Below are positions 40,517-53,382 of a stretch of DNA of 64,000 bases, one piece after another (position 1 is the stretch's first letter; the number at the start of each line of letters is the position of its first letter). The stretch is from Octopus sinensis (Eukaryota), in contig NC_042997.1 in the NCBI RefSeq assembly GCF_006345805.1, forward strand, positions 39,866,001-39,930,000. The letters run 5' to 3'. A program made the translations under genes and the position numbers. The notes beneath the pieces are model-generated. The model did no database searches, had not been told where the DNA came from, and worked only from the letters and a program-made list of their open reading frames with translations.

Positions 40517-40725
40517 TTGTGTGTCTGTGTTTGTCCCCCTAGCATTGCTTGACAAACGATGCTGGTGTGTTTACGTCCCTGTCATCTAGCGGTTCGGCAA
40601 AATAGACCGATAGAATAAGTACTGGTCTTACAAAGAATAAGTCCCGGGGTCGATTTGCTCGACTAAAGGCGGTGTTCCAGCGTGGCCGCAGTCAAAATGA
40701 CTGAAACAAGTAAAAGAGTAAAAGA
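40313..40725 (+). mobile_element. SINE family A
   Basis: Full head to tail. Confidence 0.9.
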
Positions 40726-41517
40726 TTAAGATAAATAGAAAAAAAATGTAGTTGTACATATATCCATCAATCTTACTACCCGTGGATTTATGCATAAATA
40801 AAATACCTTAGTGTTTAAAGTGCATTATATGACTGTCTTAGATGGATGTGGTTACAGATTTTAGTTTCCAAATATGTCATCAAATGAGAGAAAAAAAAAT
40901 ACTGTAAACCTTTACAGGTTTTTGGCCATCATCAAAGAATTCTGTTTCGTATAGTTTGTCGAAGGTACGATAGCCCAATAACGCCCACCTCACTAAGCTA
41001 GAGAATGCATTTGAAAATTACAGCTTCTTATATATTTTAGTAGGAATCAAACTTCTGTTATAGACTCGGTTCACAAGGAGCCTGATATTATTCTACAACG
41101 CACGTACAGTCAAATAAATTTATTTGCTTTTAGAACAGGATATAATTTTCAGTTATTGATTTCAATTTCACATAATCTTGAAGGACAAAATGGTGTTGAT
41201 AAATGATATTATAAAAAAAAAGTCTTGCAAATATTCACAAGTTAAAGTATCAGCTTTATGACTGCTGATTATTTTATTTTAATGAAACCTGTGTTTATCT
41301 CATAAAGACTAATGAAAAATAACAACAACTACTACGGCTACTGCTGCAGTTGTAGATATCAAATTATTTTGAGAGCATTCTACCCTACATGATACATGGG
41401 CAAAAAAACGAGAGAAAAGTTAATAACGTGACAAATATTTCTAATTCTAAATCCACTTATAATCTAATTTGTTAAGATATATCTTTCAACAGTTAAGGAA
41501 GGTGAATATATAATAAA

Positions 41518-41688
41518 TAGGCGCCGGAGTGGCTGTGTGGTAAGTAGCTTGCTTACCAACTACATGGTCATGGGTTTAGTCCCACAGCGTGGCACCTTGG
41601 GCAAGTGTCTTCTACTATAGCCTCGGGCCGCCCAAAGACTTGTGAGTCGATTTGGTAGACGAAAACTGGAAGACGCCCGTCGTATATG

Positions 41689-41726
<38 letters not shown>

Positions 41727-41948
41727 GTGTATCCTTGTGTGTCTGTGTTTGTCCCCCCTACATCGCTTGACAACCGATGCTGGTGTGTTTATGTCCCCGT
41801 AACTTAGCGGTTCAGCAAAAGAGACCGATAGAATAAGTACTAGGCTTACGGAGAAGAAGCTCTGGAGTCGATCTGTTCAACTAAAGGCGGTGCTCCAGCA
41901 TGGCCGCAGTCAATGACTGAAGCAAGTAAAAGAACAAAAGAATAAAAG
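41518..41948 (+). mobile_element. SINE family A
   Basis: Full head to tail. Confidence 0.9.
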
Positions 41949-43530
41949 AATCCATTTTCATAATTTATATAAATAGATAGACAAAAAAAAATAGTCATAC
42001 AAAGACAGTTAGAGTTTAAGTTTAGACCAAACATCTGCAATAATAATACTTTTGTCTCATCATAATATCTATTGTCAGTTGTTTGGTCACGCCACATTAT
42101 AAGGAATTATTTCCCTTTCGTCTTTCATTGATGAGTACAGTATGTCTTTACAATTACAACTAATAATTCGCATTTCTTACTTTCACCTCCTACTATTATT
42201 TGTTCTCTATCTCCTATTTCTACGACTACTGCGTCCTATTTTCAAAATTTATTTTTGAATAATTCTGTTTTATCATTGATAAATAAAGACTTCATTTTTA
42301 ACATTTATATATAATGAGTTTATACTGAAAAAAGTAATATATTGTTCCTGCAGATAATATTGCCAGTACTATTTTATTTGATGGTTAAACAGTATAATTG
42401 TTATTCATAACATATTTATTGCAGCTATACACACGGGAAATTTGTTTAATTTAATTCACTTTAAATTTAATGAATATTTTTTTTCGAAAATTAGTATTAA
42501 TTTCATTATTTTGTAAAAGCATCATGATGTGAGAAAATTAAAATTATAATTGTTGTATTTAAAAGCAACATTAATTAATAATGGCCACGACGGAGGAAAA
42601 AAGTATATTCCCAGAATTACTTGTTACATGACAGGTAACACTCGGGCAGGAACATAATCTATGAACATAGGACTCAATATATGTCCATGAAACAAATTAT
42701 ACTACAATACAAGTAATTTCTCTAGTTCATGTAACCAACAGGAAACTGAAGCTATTAAGCCTGAATGAACTTGCAAGTAGTATGATAGAACAATCGCAAA
42801 ACCGGACGACATTGGTCGAGTTAAAACATAATGTCAATTTAGTGTCAAGTGCTTGATGTAATGCTAACAGTAGAAATTATCAAGGCTGCGCAATTGATTA
42901 ATAATATATTTAACAGTAGTAGTCCGAGGTGTTCGCTTATATTCGTAAAAAGTTGAACAAAATGTATGAATTTATAGCAGATTTTATAAAATGATTCCGA
43001 CACAGCCTAGTATCAATTTTATCAATTTACTCGTTGTCGTATATTATTTTCTATCTTTTGATTTCTTTTTATGCAAGCTGCTAATTTTGATTTTTTTTTC
43101 AACGTGCATATGAATAAAATATCTGACATATTTTTTCTATGTTAATTTGAAAATGTTTCCGAAACAAAACCACGAATCTATGTAAATGTAAATTATGTAA
43201 TTATGCAATTATATCCTTCATAGATATACATACGCATACAAACGCAAATCCGGTGCTTTAATGTGGATCTATTGACGTTAAGTAGATGAAAGATAGCTTC
43301 GAGGAAACGTTCAGATGCATACCCACTTAAAAAGCAATTGAAAAACATGATTTTGTTTTCGAAATGTGTTGGTGTACAGCGAGTAAATTGATAAAAATGA
43401 TGTTCGGTTGAGCTAGAGTTATTTCATGCAATGTGTTTTAAATTTAAACATTTTGATAAGCTTTTCACAAATATAAACGAACACCATTGACGACATATTT
43501 AGGTTAACGAGGAAGACCTTAGCAAGAAAA

Positions 43531-43990
43531 TCTTTATATATAAAAGAGAGGTTGTGTGTCTGTCTACTCCGATTTAGATTCCTAACTACTCCCACATTTT
43601 GCGGTGCAGTGTAACCAAAAGCGGGTATCTTATAGTCGTGATTCATATCGAGCCCTTCTGGTTATTAGCGCGCGTCTACGATGAGTCTACGATTTTAAAA
43701 ATAATTTACCATAATTTTTTCCATTTTAATGCATATTTTTTAAATATAAGGGAAGTAACTCTCTAAAAATGTCTACGATGAGTCAACGATTTAAAAAAAA
43801 TTTACCATAATTTTTTTTTCATTTTTAATGCATTTTTTGCTATTTTTTGGCTATAACTCTCAAAAAATGCTTTATTTGATTTTGATTTTGATTTTTCCAG
43901 TTTCAGCTCATGAGCTGTGGCCATGCTGGGGCACCGCCATTTATAGTTATTTCCCTTACAAACCCGAGCAACGCCGGGCGATACTGCTAG
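43531..43990 (+). mobile_element. Non-autonomous Helitron with internal duplication and a nested minus-strand SINE-tail fragment (~43872-43938)
   Basis: A|TCTTTATATATAAAAG ... CCCGAGCAACGCCGGG..CTAG|T; inserted CATGCTGGGGCACCGCC. Confidence 0.85.
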
Positions 43991-44354
43991 TGTGTTATAA
44001 TTTATTTAGAAGAGGATCATATTTTTGAAGCATTCTTATTTTGGTGAGGTCTCTGCCATTGATGTTTGAATGATGATTCATACAATAAAACAAAATAAAG
44101 GTGAGGCAAAGTGGTAGAGAGTTTCAAATCCTAGGGTTGAAAAATTGGATGAAATGCTTAGTAAAATCTTGAAGATGAGGCGATATAGGATTTAGAAAAC
44201 ATCGGAAGATGGGTGTATCGTGTGGTACGCAGCCTGTAAGATTAGAGGAGAAGAAAGTGCTAAAGTAGCGGTAGAAGCAAGAAAAATAGGCGCATCCCAG
44301 TGGTGAGCTAACAACTCAAGCTCAATGCAGAATGAAAATTTATTCTTTTCTACT

Positions 44355-44738
44355 CTTGGCACAAGCCCCGAAATTATGGGGGAGGGGCCAGTCGATTAGA
44401 TAGACCCCAGTACGCAACTGGTACTTAATTCATCGACCCCGAAAGGGTGAAAGGCAAAGTTGACCTCAGCGGAATTTGTTGTCAGAATGCGACGACAGAC
44501 GAAATACCTATTTCTTTACTATTCACAAGGGGCTAAACACAGAGGGGACAAACAAGGACAGACAAACGGATTAAGTCGATTACATCGATCCCAGTGCGTA
44601 ACTGGTACTTATTTAATCGACCCCGAAAGGATGAAAGGCAAAGTCAACCTCGGCGGAATTTGAACTCAGAACGTAGCGGCAGACGAAATACCGCTAGGCA
44701 GTTCGCCCGGCGTACTAACGTTTCTGCCAGCTCGCCGG
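44355..44738 (-). mobile_element. SINE family B, dimeric
   Basis: Two reverse central domains, head at 44738. Confidence 0.85.
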
Positions 44739-44974
44739 CTTTTGCGAAGTTATCTTTTAGCTTAAACCAGCAAGAGCTTAGTGGATCTTAAGAGTATCTG
44801 TTGAAAACAAGATGCTTATAACAGTTAGAGAGGATTTTTCTTGGACACGAGTGAACAGCCATTGTATGTATGTATGTATGTATGTATGTATGTATGTATA
44901 TTTTTCTCGAACACCTACTTGTGAAGGAAAGCTCTTGTTTTAATCATCATTCTTTAAATCTTAAGAAGGGCTAG

Positions 44975-45415
44975 CAGATGATCATTTGTAGGGTATGGAT
45001 TAGTGATTTGCATTCTCTCCCCCAAGATCCGAAGTTCAGCCATACTTTACTCCAGACGAGTTGGTATTTATCCTGTTGCTTCAATAATATGAAAGTGCAT
45101 CGTGTGTCCTGGGTTTGCGAATTCGTTATCAATGGTCCATAGATGTACTCTTTCTCTTGTATTTTGTTAACCACACTGGTTTCCACAGGACAGATGATTT
45201 CCACAGGACAGATGATTTCCACAACAGAGCTTATTGTTTCGTTGTGATCTCACACAACAATATCTGGCCGGTTGTGTTTTAAATTGGTGGCTGTTTCAAT
45301 TTGCAAGTTTCACCAATATTCTTTTGATCTATCGGTCTCAATATGGTCAGCTTCATTTGTAGATATTTTCATTGTTATCCTGAATATACGTATGAGTGTA
45401 TGTACGCAGATATTG
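44975..45415 (-). mobile_element. R4/Dong-like non-LTR retrotransposon, restriction-like endonuclease remnant
   Basis: EYW*NLQIETATNLKHNRPDIVV*DHN..VVEIICP..NKIQEKEYIYGPL fits the HNRPD..E.CP..EK RLE motif; 18-bp in-frame duplication 45181-45216. Confidence 0.7.
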
Positions 45416-45698
45416 TACTGTACTTTTTTAAAGTAACTGGGGATGGACACACGGAAGATTTTTTTCAGTTTAGGTACTTAAGTTTTGGAGTGTCTTCTAT
45501 CTAGGTTTATCATAAACTTATTGCTCGAAGAAATTTCTAGTAGCATTCGAAATTATTTGAATAACTCTAAACTTGTTATATTTTGATCTGGTATACATTT
45601 TTGTCAATTCAAGAGGAACTAGTCAACAACTACTCTTGTCTTTGATAATTATATCAGAATTAACATCTTTTACATACAGGCATGCATAAATACTCACA

Positions 45699-45770
<72 letters not shown>

Positions 45771-46257
45771 TATATATATATATATATATATCTCCCTCTC
45801 TCTCACACACACACATACATTCAAAATATCTAGTTCGCAAATTTTATTCACTTGTGGATATTTGCATCGTGATATTATTAGTTACGATGACGTAATAATA
45901 AGAATCACAGTTTATAATATCTATCTGTCCACCTCCACATACACACACAGACGCACATGCAAACACACCCACACCCACACATACTCATATATACCCTACT
46001 TGTTATGCACATACATCATTGAAAGCGTCTCACTTCTTCCGAAGTGTTGGATTTCATTTGACGAATTTAAGTCACGTAAGAAGTACAACTTACAGCGACG
46101 AATTTAAAATTAACTTTTTTTTAAAAAATCTCTCAACTTATCTCTTCCTCTCAAACAAAAACACAAAATTCCAAAATCATTAAATTTAAAGATTATGTGT
46201 ATTCATAACATATTCAAATTACCTACATACTTACAGATATATTTATAAAGAAAATGT

Positions 46258-46260
46258 CTA

Positions 46261-46333
<73 letters not shown>

Positions 46334-46514
46334 CATATATATATATATATAATATATATATATATATTATATATATATATATATGTATGTATGTATATAT
46401 ATATATTATATATATATATATATAATATATATATAACATACATATACATACATATATATATATATTATATATACATACACCATATATATATATAACATAC
46501 ATATATATATATAT

Positions 46515-46567
<53 letters not shown>

Positions 46568-46640
46568 ATACATATACAAACATATATATATATATATATA
46601 ATATATATATATATATTATATATATACATACATACATACA
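46258..46640. repeat. Long (TA)n/(TACA)n array
   Basis: Direct reading. Confidence 0.95.
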
Positions 46641-46963
46641 TAAATATATGCACACGTACACATGAAATATTAATAGTAGCAGTCTACTTTAAAGTTTCGC
46701 CATTATAACTGGCTTTTTAGAAAAGTTTTAATGATGAAACTTCGAAATAACAGTCTCTGTTAATATTGAAATAATTATTTCGACTTTACAAGTAGTATTT
46801 GGGTCCTTCGTTCAGTGTGTACTTAAACGTCTAGCGTATCAAAAAAAGAAGAAAAGGGTATATATATATATATGGAGAGTTTACGAAAAAAAACAAAAGA
46901 CGAAGACAGGTGGTGTACAAAACAAACAGATGTATTAGTATAACGCTCAGGAATAGAAAAAAT

Positions 46964-46999
46964 CTTTTACGTTTCGAGCCTACGCTCTTCTACAGAAAG
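46964..46999 (-). ncRNA. Minimal hammerhead-like motif with a core deviation (CUGUAGA)
   Basis: CTTT-CTGTAGA-A-GAGC-GTAG-GCTC-GAAA-CG-TA-AAAG; helix I CUUU/AAAG, ACGU palindrome. Confidence 0.5.
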
Positions 47000-47051
47000 G
47001 GACACAGAAAAAAAAACAAGGAGAGAAACAAGGAGAGAAAAAAGGAGAGAA

Positions 47052-47087
<36 letters not shown>

Positions 47088-47109
47088 CACATACATATAC
47101 AAACATATA

Positions 47110-47151
<42 letters not shown>

Positions 47152-47485
47152 CATACATACATACATAAATATATGCACACGTACACATGAAATATTAATA
47201 GTAGCAGTCTACTTAAAGTTTCGCCATTATAACTGGCTTTTTAGAAAAGTTTTAATGATGAAACTTCGAAATAACAGTCTCTGTTAATATTGAAATAATT
47301 ATTTCGACTTTACAAGTAGTATTTGGTCCTTCGTTCAGTGTGTACTTAAACGTCTAGCGTATCAAAAAAAGAAAAAAGGGTATATATATATATATGGAGA
47401 GTTTACGAAAAAAAAACAAAAGACGAAGACAGGTGGTGTACAAAACAAACAATGTATTAGTATAACGCTCAGGAATAGAAAAAAT

Positions 47486-47521
47486 CTTTTACGTTTCGAG
47501 CCTACGCTCTTCTACAGAAAG
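47486..47521 (-). ncRNA. Duplicate of the 46964 hammerhead-like motif
   Basis: Identical sequence in second tandem unit. Confidence 0.5.
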
Positions 47522-47568
47522 GGACACGAAAAAAAAACAAGGAGAGAAACAGGAGAGAAAAAAGGAGA

Positions 47569-47616
<48 letters not shown>

Positions 47617-47689
47617 TGTCGAGTAATCTTTCACTGGTTAAGACAACTGGTTAGAATGTTACCGTCGGTTTCGCGCCGGCTACTGTATT

Positions 47690-47900
47690 TGGCAATATTA
47701 ATTTCAAATTTAGGCACAAGGTCATCAATATCGGAGGGTGGAGTTAAATCGATTACATCGACCTCAGCTTCAACTGATTTATCGATCCTGGAAGGATAAA
47801 AGGCAAAGTCGACCACGGTGGAATTTGAACTCAGAACGTGAAGGGAGATGAAATGCCGCTAAACATTTTGTTCAGAGTGCTAGCAATTCTGCCAGCTCAT
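47690..47900 (-). mobile_element. SINE family B, diverged
   Basis: Reverse tail, central domain and head. Confidence 0.75.
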
Positions 47901-48020
47901 CGTCTTTGCGTTTGACAATATTGACGGCTCTTTAGATACGGTGGTCGGAAGCGCATAACCTCTTTTAAGTTGGGGGTATATATAAACACCCTGGTTGTTA
48001 AAAAAAAAACCCTGAACAAA

Positions 48021-48420
48021 AGGAGTGGCTGTGTGGTAAGTAGCTTGCTTACCAGCCACATGGTTCCGGGTTCAGTCCCACTGCATGGCATCTTGGGCAA
48101 GTGTCTTCAACTATAGCCTCGGGCCGACCAAAGCCTTGTTAGTGGATTTGGTAGACGGAAACTGAAAGAAGCCCGTCGTATATATGTATGTATGTATATA
48201 TATATGTTTGTGTGTCTGTGTTTGTCCCCTAGCATTGCTTGACAACCGATGCTGGTGTGTTTACGTCCCCGTCACTTAGCGGTTCGGCAAAAGAGACCGA
48301 TAGAATAAGCACTGGGCTTACAAAGAATAAGTCCTGGGGTCGATTTGCTCGACTAAAGGCGGTGCTCCAGCATGGCCGCAGTCAAATGACTGAAACAAGT
48401 ATAAGAGTAAAAGAGTAAAA
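48021..48420 (+). mobile_element. SINE family A
   Basis: Head to tail. Confidence 0.9.
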
Positions 48421-48549
48421 CAATAAAAAAAATTTTTCCGGCAGGAAAAAAGAAAGTTTCCTGCCTTGGATTGATGCGTGTCATGATTAAACCGTGTCGG
48501 TTTTGTGTGTATACATGTATGTCGTTCTCTAATCCCAAAATAGGGATGA

Positions 48550-48945
48550 TTATGTTGCTAAAACGATTTTTGGTTCATTAATTAGATCAACATTGGAATA
48601 TTTCACTTTTTGTACTCAGGAAATCACTTGGATTGTGTGAAAATAGAATAATTCTTTTTTCAGCCATGCAAGCTTGCGACGCCTACTGACATTCAGATAT
48701 AGTTTAGATCGTTCTAGCAATTTCCAATTGGTATTACTTCCTCTTTTAATCACCAAAACGTTTTAATACAGTACCTTTCATTAACTCTAAAAGAGAATCT
48801 GTAATTATTCAGCCTGGCCTTAAAGGAGCCTTCCGTTGCCTCGACGTATTTCTGTATGTGTCACTCCTTTGTTTTTGGATGACACCACCTCTGCTTCATG
48901 GACTGCAGTGTTGCATCGATATTCCCTGGGAACTCACTGTAAACT
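48550..48945 (-). mobile_element. Second, distinct Penelope-like element: GIY-YIG remnant
   Basis: AVHEAEV..YVEATEGSFKARLNNYRFSFR..LKKRIILF..FLSTKSEIF resembles VVY.A.V..YIG.TE..FK.R.NNH..SF..LLNKRSEI. Confidence 0.65.
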
Positions 48946-49107
48946 CTAGATGAGCATCCTGCCTTTGCGCAGGAGCTTGGGGTACTCACAAATATTTCTT
49001 TTGATACACGACGCACAGCTAAACGAAACCCTTAAATTAAGCCAACTGAATATTTTCCCATACCTAAGATTCTATGCTTTTTCAGCTAATTTAAGGAGGA
49101 CCCTTAC

Positions 49108-49263
49108 TACGTAAGTTTTTATGTGTGCTGTGGTGGCAGTGGGGGAAAGCCAGAAAACTTTCTGGCAATGCTTTTTCTTGTGGGTGTTAGGGATGGGTGT
49201 ATAAGTGATGTGGCCTTTAAACGCACAGGTTGCCAGATTCTCGTTGTAATAGGAGGCTGCTTG
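49108..49263 (-). CDS. Candidate 156-nt phase-0 exon (QAASYYNENLATCAFKGHITYTPIP..HIKTYV)
   Basis: Long poly-T acceptor TTTTTCTTTTTGATGCAG| and |GTAAGG donor, open frame. Confidence 0.3.
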
Positions 49264-50359
49264 CTGCATCAAAAAGAAAAAAAAACAGAAAATCTTTATT
49301 TGAGGTATGTATGTGCGCACACACTAGTACTTCTGTAGTATGAGAAGAAAACTTAATTTAGCATAGAAAGGTGAATGTCTCATATATGTAACTTCAATAA
49401 TTCTCAAACTTACAAATTTAATAAGTAGCGTCTTCAAAAAGCAAAGATTCTTTATTTTTAGGATAATGTATATTAAAATCATAATTTTCTTAAGAACGTT
49501 AGCCACAAATCTGAAGTGAAAATATTAAATATGGAATTGAAATTGCACAGGGACTCGCCAAGAGCTTACATTTGCCACTATCTCATTTTCCAAATTATGG
49601 ATTTATCTCAGTTTTTCAATTAATAAAAATATCTTGGAATAACAATTTTGTCAAATAACACTTTTATTAGATTTAATCGTGAAGATTAAAAATTATAAGA
49701 TCGATTTATGATTTACTTTATATGCTAGCTCAGTTTCATTTATCATAAAAAATACATAAAAAACAGACTAGTCTTCAACAATGTCCCAGAAGTGAAGCAC
49801 TTATCGAACATTTATGAAGTGCGTACCTATTTTATATTCCTCTGGAATATGTGATAAAAATAAGTGTTAGACATTTGAAGTATTAAGTACAATATTTCAA
49901 TAATCAAACCATATAAAACTAAATACGTGTTTACTAGCAGAAATTTCTGTCTTCAGCTGTCACAATACTAATATATTCTTCAGGCTTAAAAGGTTATCAA
50001 AACAATTCTTCTTCACTGATATTTGCTTCACTATCTTTTAATTAGTTATAAAAGCGACCAGTTTCAGTTTGTTCATTAGAATGTCTAGCAATACCATCTG
50101 TTTCATCGTCACCTTATATATTTAGCTATTGATCTCAGCAGTTTCTATGAGGAAAAAAATATAAGCGTCTTCACTGTTGAGTTGCAAGTCTCTATGCTGT
50201 CACTGTCCTTGTTCTGTAGCCATTTCCCCGTTAATTGTTAGCAACGAGTGAAAACAAAGAAGGGGGGGAAGGATTTAGCTATTTATCGAATTCGGTGACA
50301 ATTTCAAGTATATTTGTTTATTTATATAATTATCGAATCATTTAAAAATATTCGTTTCA

Positions 50360-50652
50360 AATTTTGGCACAAGGCCAGCAATTTCGAGAGAGGGGGGTTA
50401 AGTCGATTACATAGACTCCAATACTCAACTGATACTTATTTTATCGACCCCGAAAGGATGAAACCTGAACACAAATTTGAACACAAACTGTAAAGTCGGA
50501 AGAAATGCCGCAAAGCATTTTGCCATTCACGATAAAGATTCTACCAGCACGCCACCTTATACGTACAAATTGGCTTCAAATTTTAGCACAAGGCCAGCAA
50601 TTTCGAGGGAGTGGGTAACTCGATTGCATGGACCCAGGTACTCAACTGGTAC
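50360..50652 (-). mobile_element. SINE family B fragments (two)
   Basis: Reverse tails TTTTGGCACAAGGCCAGCAATTTCG and central domain pieces. Confidence 0.7.
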
Positions 50653-51720
50653 TTAGGTTGTTCGGAAAGTTCTGAGCGTTTTTAATATGCAAAAAGAGAT
50701 ATAAATAATTGACCTTTCAGTAAATTCTATTTAATGAAATAATTTCCATAATTATTAATGACTTTTGCCCATCTGTCAGGTAATTTATAAATTCTATCAG
50801 CATGAAATTTGACTGCTTTTGAAGAAAAAAGTTATCTAGATGCATGTTGACTCCATCTAAATCATTAAATGTTTTTCCTTGCAATGAGTTCTGTAGAGAC
50901 AAAAACAAGTGGTAGTCGAATGGCGTAATATTAAGAGAATAAAGTGGATGGGGTAAAAGATCCCAGCCAAGTTCATGTAACATTGTTCGGGTAGCCAAAG
51001 ACACATGTGGTTGGGCATTGTCTTGATGGAATACTATCCCTTTCCTGTTGGCAATCTCCAGCCTCAATTCTTTGATTTTTTTTGTTCAAATTAGCCAGCT
51101 GACAACAGTACACAGAATTAATGGTCTGGTTTTGTGGAAGAAGCTCATAATAATAATGCCTTTATGATCCCACCAAACACAAAGCATAGCTTTTTTGGCT
51201 TGGATATTCGCCTTTGGTTGCTGTCTTGTAAATTCCAGGATCTTTTTCGCACTACGTTTTTGCACACAATCCATTTTCACATCCAGTCACAAGTTGTTTC
51301 AAAGAAGGCATGCTTTCATTCCGTTTCAAAAGCATATCACAAACGGAATACCGATCCAAGCAATTCTCTTCTGAGAGTTTGTGAGGGATCCATACATTAT
51401 AGCGAGAAATCTATCCTAGCTTCACTAGGTGTTCATGAGCCGTATTTTAGAAACCACCAACTTCTCTGCAAATACTCTAGTCATGATATTAGAGTTTTCT
51501 TCAATTTTTGCCTTCAAGACATCATCTTCCAAGCTAAACTCTCTAGCTTTGAATTTTACAAACCACCTTCAAGCAGTTGATTCACCCACGGCGTCATCAC
51601 CATAAACTTCACAAATGTTTTTGTATGCCTTTGCAACATTTTCTCCTTTTTTTTAAATAAAGAAAAGCATTACCACGCGAATATGAAATTTTCGTTTATC
51701 CATTTCAAACACCGTCGATA
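50653..51720 (-). mobile_element. Decayed mariner (DD34D) transposon
   Basis: ATG at 51703; WIPHKL, MLCVWWD, IVFHQDNAQPHVS, LLPHPLYSLNITPFDYHLF; TIR-like TTAGGTTGTTCGGAAAG at 50653; frameshifts. Confidence 0.9.
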
Positions 51721-51749
51721 GTTGTTGTCAAACAACAGCAGTAATTTTA

Positions 51750-51957
51750 TTCAGCTGAATACACGTCATTGATTGGTTGAAATTACCGAAATACGACAAC
51801 TCTAACAGGAAATGACTTCGTAAATAGAAACTTTTCTCAACAACGCTAAGAGTAAAAAATGTTTTATATGACACATTCTACCAGTGCCCGAAGTCTGAAA
51901 GTATTTAGTTACAAAAATTTCATTTTGTCGATCTGCCGACGAAAGTGAAAAGATCCA
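51750..51957. mobile_element. Diverged right half of the GGATC MITE
   Basis: ACGTCATTGATTGGTTGAAATT, ACACATTCTACCAGT, terminal AAAAGATCC. Confidence 0.7.
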
Positions 51958-52986
51958 TTTTAAGTAATAATGGCTGATAAAACTGAAGAAACACGTTTTT
52001 CTAAAGGTGTAGGAACTAATCACAATTTCATGCATAAATGAAGAATAAGATATGTTTGAACGTAAAGCAAGATAAAATTATTTATTATTACATTTTTATA
52101 ACTATCATGACCCAAAACTTAATTCTATTCAGTTAATTTGATGGCTGGCAATAGCGATTCTTGCATTTTAATATGTTGGCATGGAATGTATTTTGTTTCG
52201 TATTTGTCTTGAAGAAACAATTCTGTATTTCATAGTCGAATATCATATCCATCCGTTCGTAATACCGATCATGCTATCGTACCAGTCTTCACCTAATGTA
52301 ACTATACATGTAACTACCTAAGAGCCATTACATGTCCGCTTAACCTACAGGAAATAGAAACAAAAGTTTTGTCAAGAAGGAACATATCTGCTAATGTAGT
52401 CCTAGGTATGAAATGCCAAAGAGAAAATGGCATAGTCGTATCAGGTAAACTTCTTATCATAGGTCTGTAAAATCCGAACTAACTTAAGGCTAAAGAACCC
52501 TGACGACGACAACAACAGCAGCAAAAGTAAATCAAGTGGGTAATTGGGGAAATACAGACTACAATTTGGTAAACAATGCGACACAGTTTGTGTCAAAATT
52601 TTAATTCATGTTTAAATTGAACATCGATCTTATCATTAGCGCTGCTCCACTTCTTCTAACTTAATATCTGTCGGCAGAGGGATGAAATTAACTATCGTTA
52701 TGTATTGCTGTACTCTATCGCTTCTGTTATGGAATATTGCCAAGTTTTAATTTCTAAATTAAGAGATATAGATATTGGTTGTAACCAATTCATACTAATG
52801 AAATTATCGTTGCTAGGATTAAAATGACGTTGGCCATTATAGAAATAGTAGTGTAAGCCAATTATACTTTCGAAACGTTACATTGACATCTAAACAATTT
52901 TTCAATGACTTATCGAAGCTTAATCGAAATTGTCTGCTGAAATTTTCGTTATCCGATAGTTCAGTTTGTGGGAATTATATGTAAAC

Positions 52987-53382
52987 AGGCGCAGGAGTGG
53001 CTGTGTGGTAAGTAGCTTGCTAACCAACCACATGGTTCCGGGTTCAGTCCCACTGCGTGGCATCTTGGGTAAGTGTCTTCTGCTATAGCCCCGGGCCGAT
53101 CAATGCCTTGTGAGTGGATTTGGTAGACGGCAACTGAAAGAAGCCTGTCGTATATATGTATATATATATACGTATATGTGTGTGTGTTTGTTCCCCTAGC
53201 ATTGCTTGACAACCGATGCTGGTGTGTTTACGTCCCCGTCACTTAGCGGTTCGGCAAAAGAGACCGATAGAATAAGTGCTGGGCTTACAAAGAATAAGTC
53301 CCGGGGTCGATTTTCTCGACTAAAGGCGGTGCTCCAGCATGGCCGCAGTCAAATGACTGAAACAAGTAAAAGAGTAAAAGAG
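52987..53382 (+). mobile_element. SINE family A; separate identical tail fragment at 53500-53576
   Basis: Full head to tail. Confidence 0.9.

Larger units (their letters stand above)
46641..47570. repeat. Tandem duplication of ~410-bp unit (46641-47050 and 47166-47570) separated by (TA)n
   Basis: Near-identical copies differing almost only by 1-bp indels. Confidence 0.9.

Noticed and set aside
49086-49110. Plus-strand micro-exon with good splice sites
   Set aside because: No phase-compatible plus-strand partners found; overlaps the minus-strand candidate; unresolved
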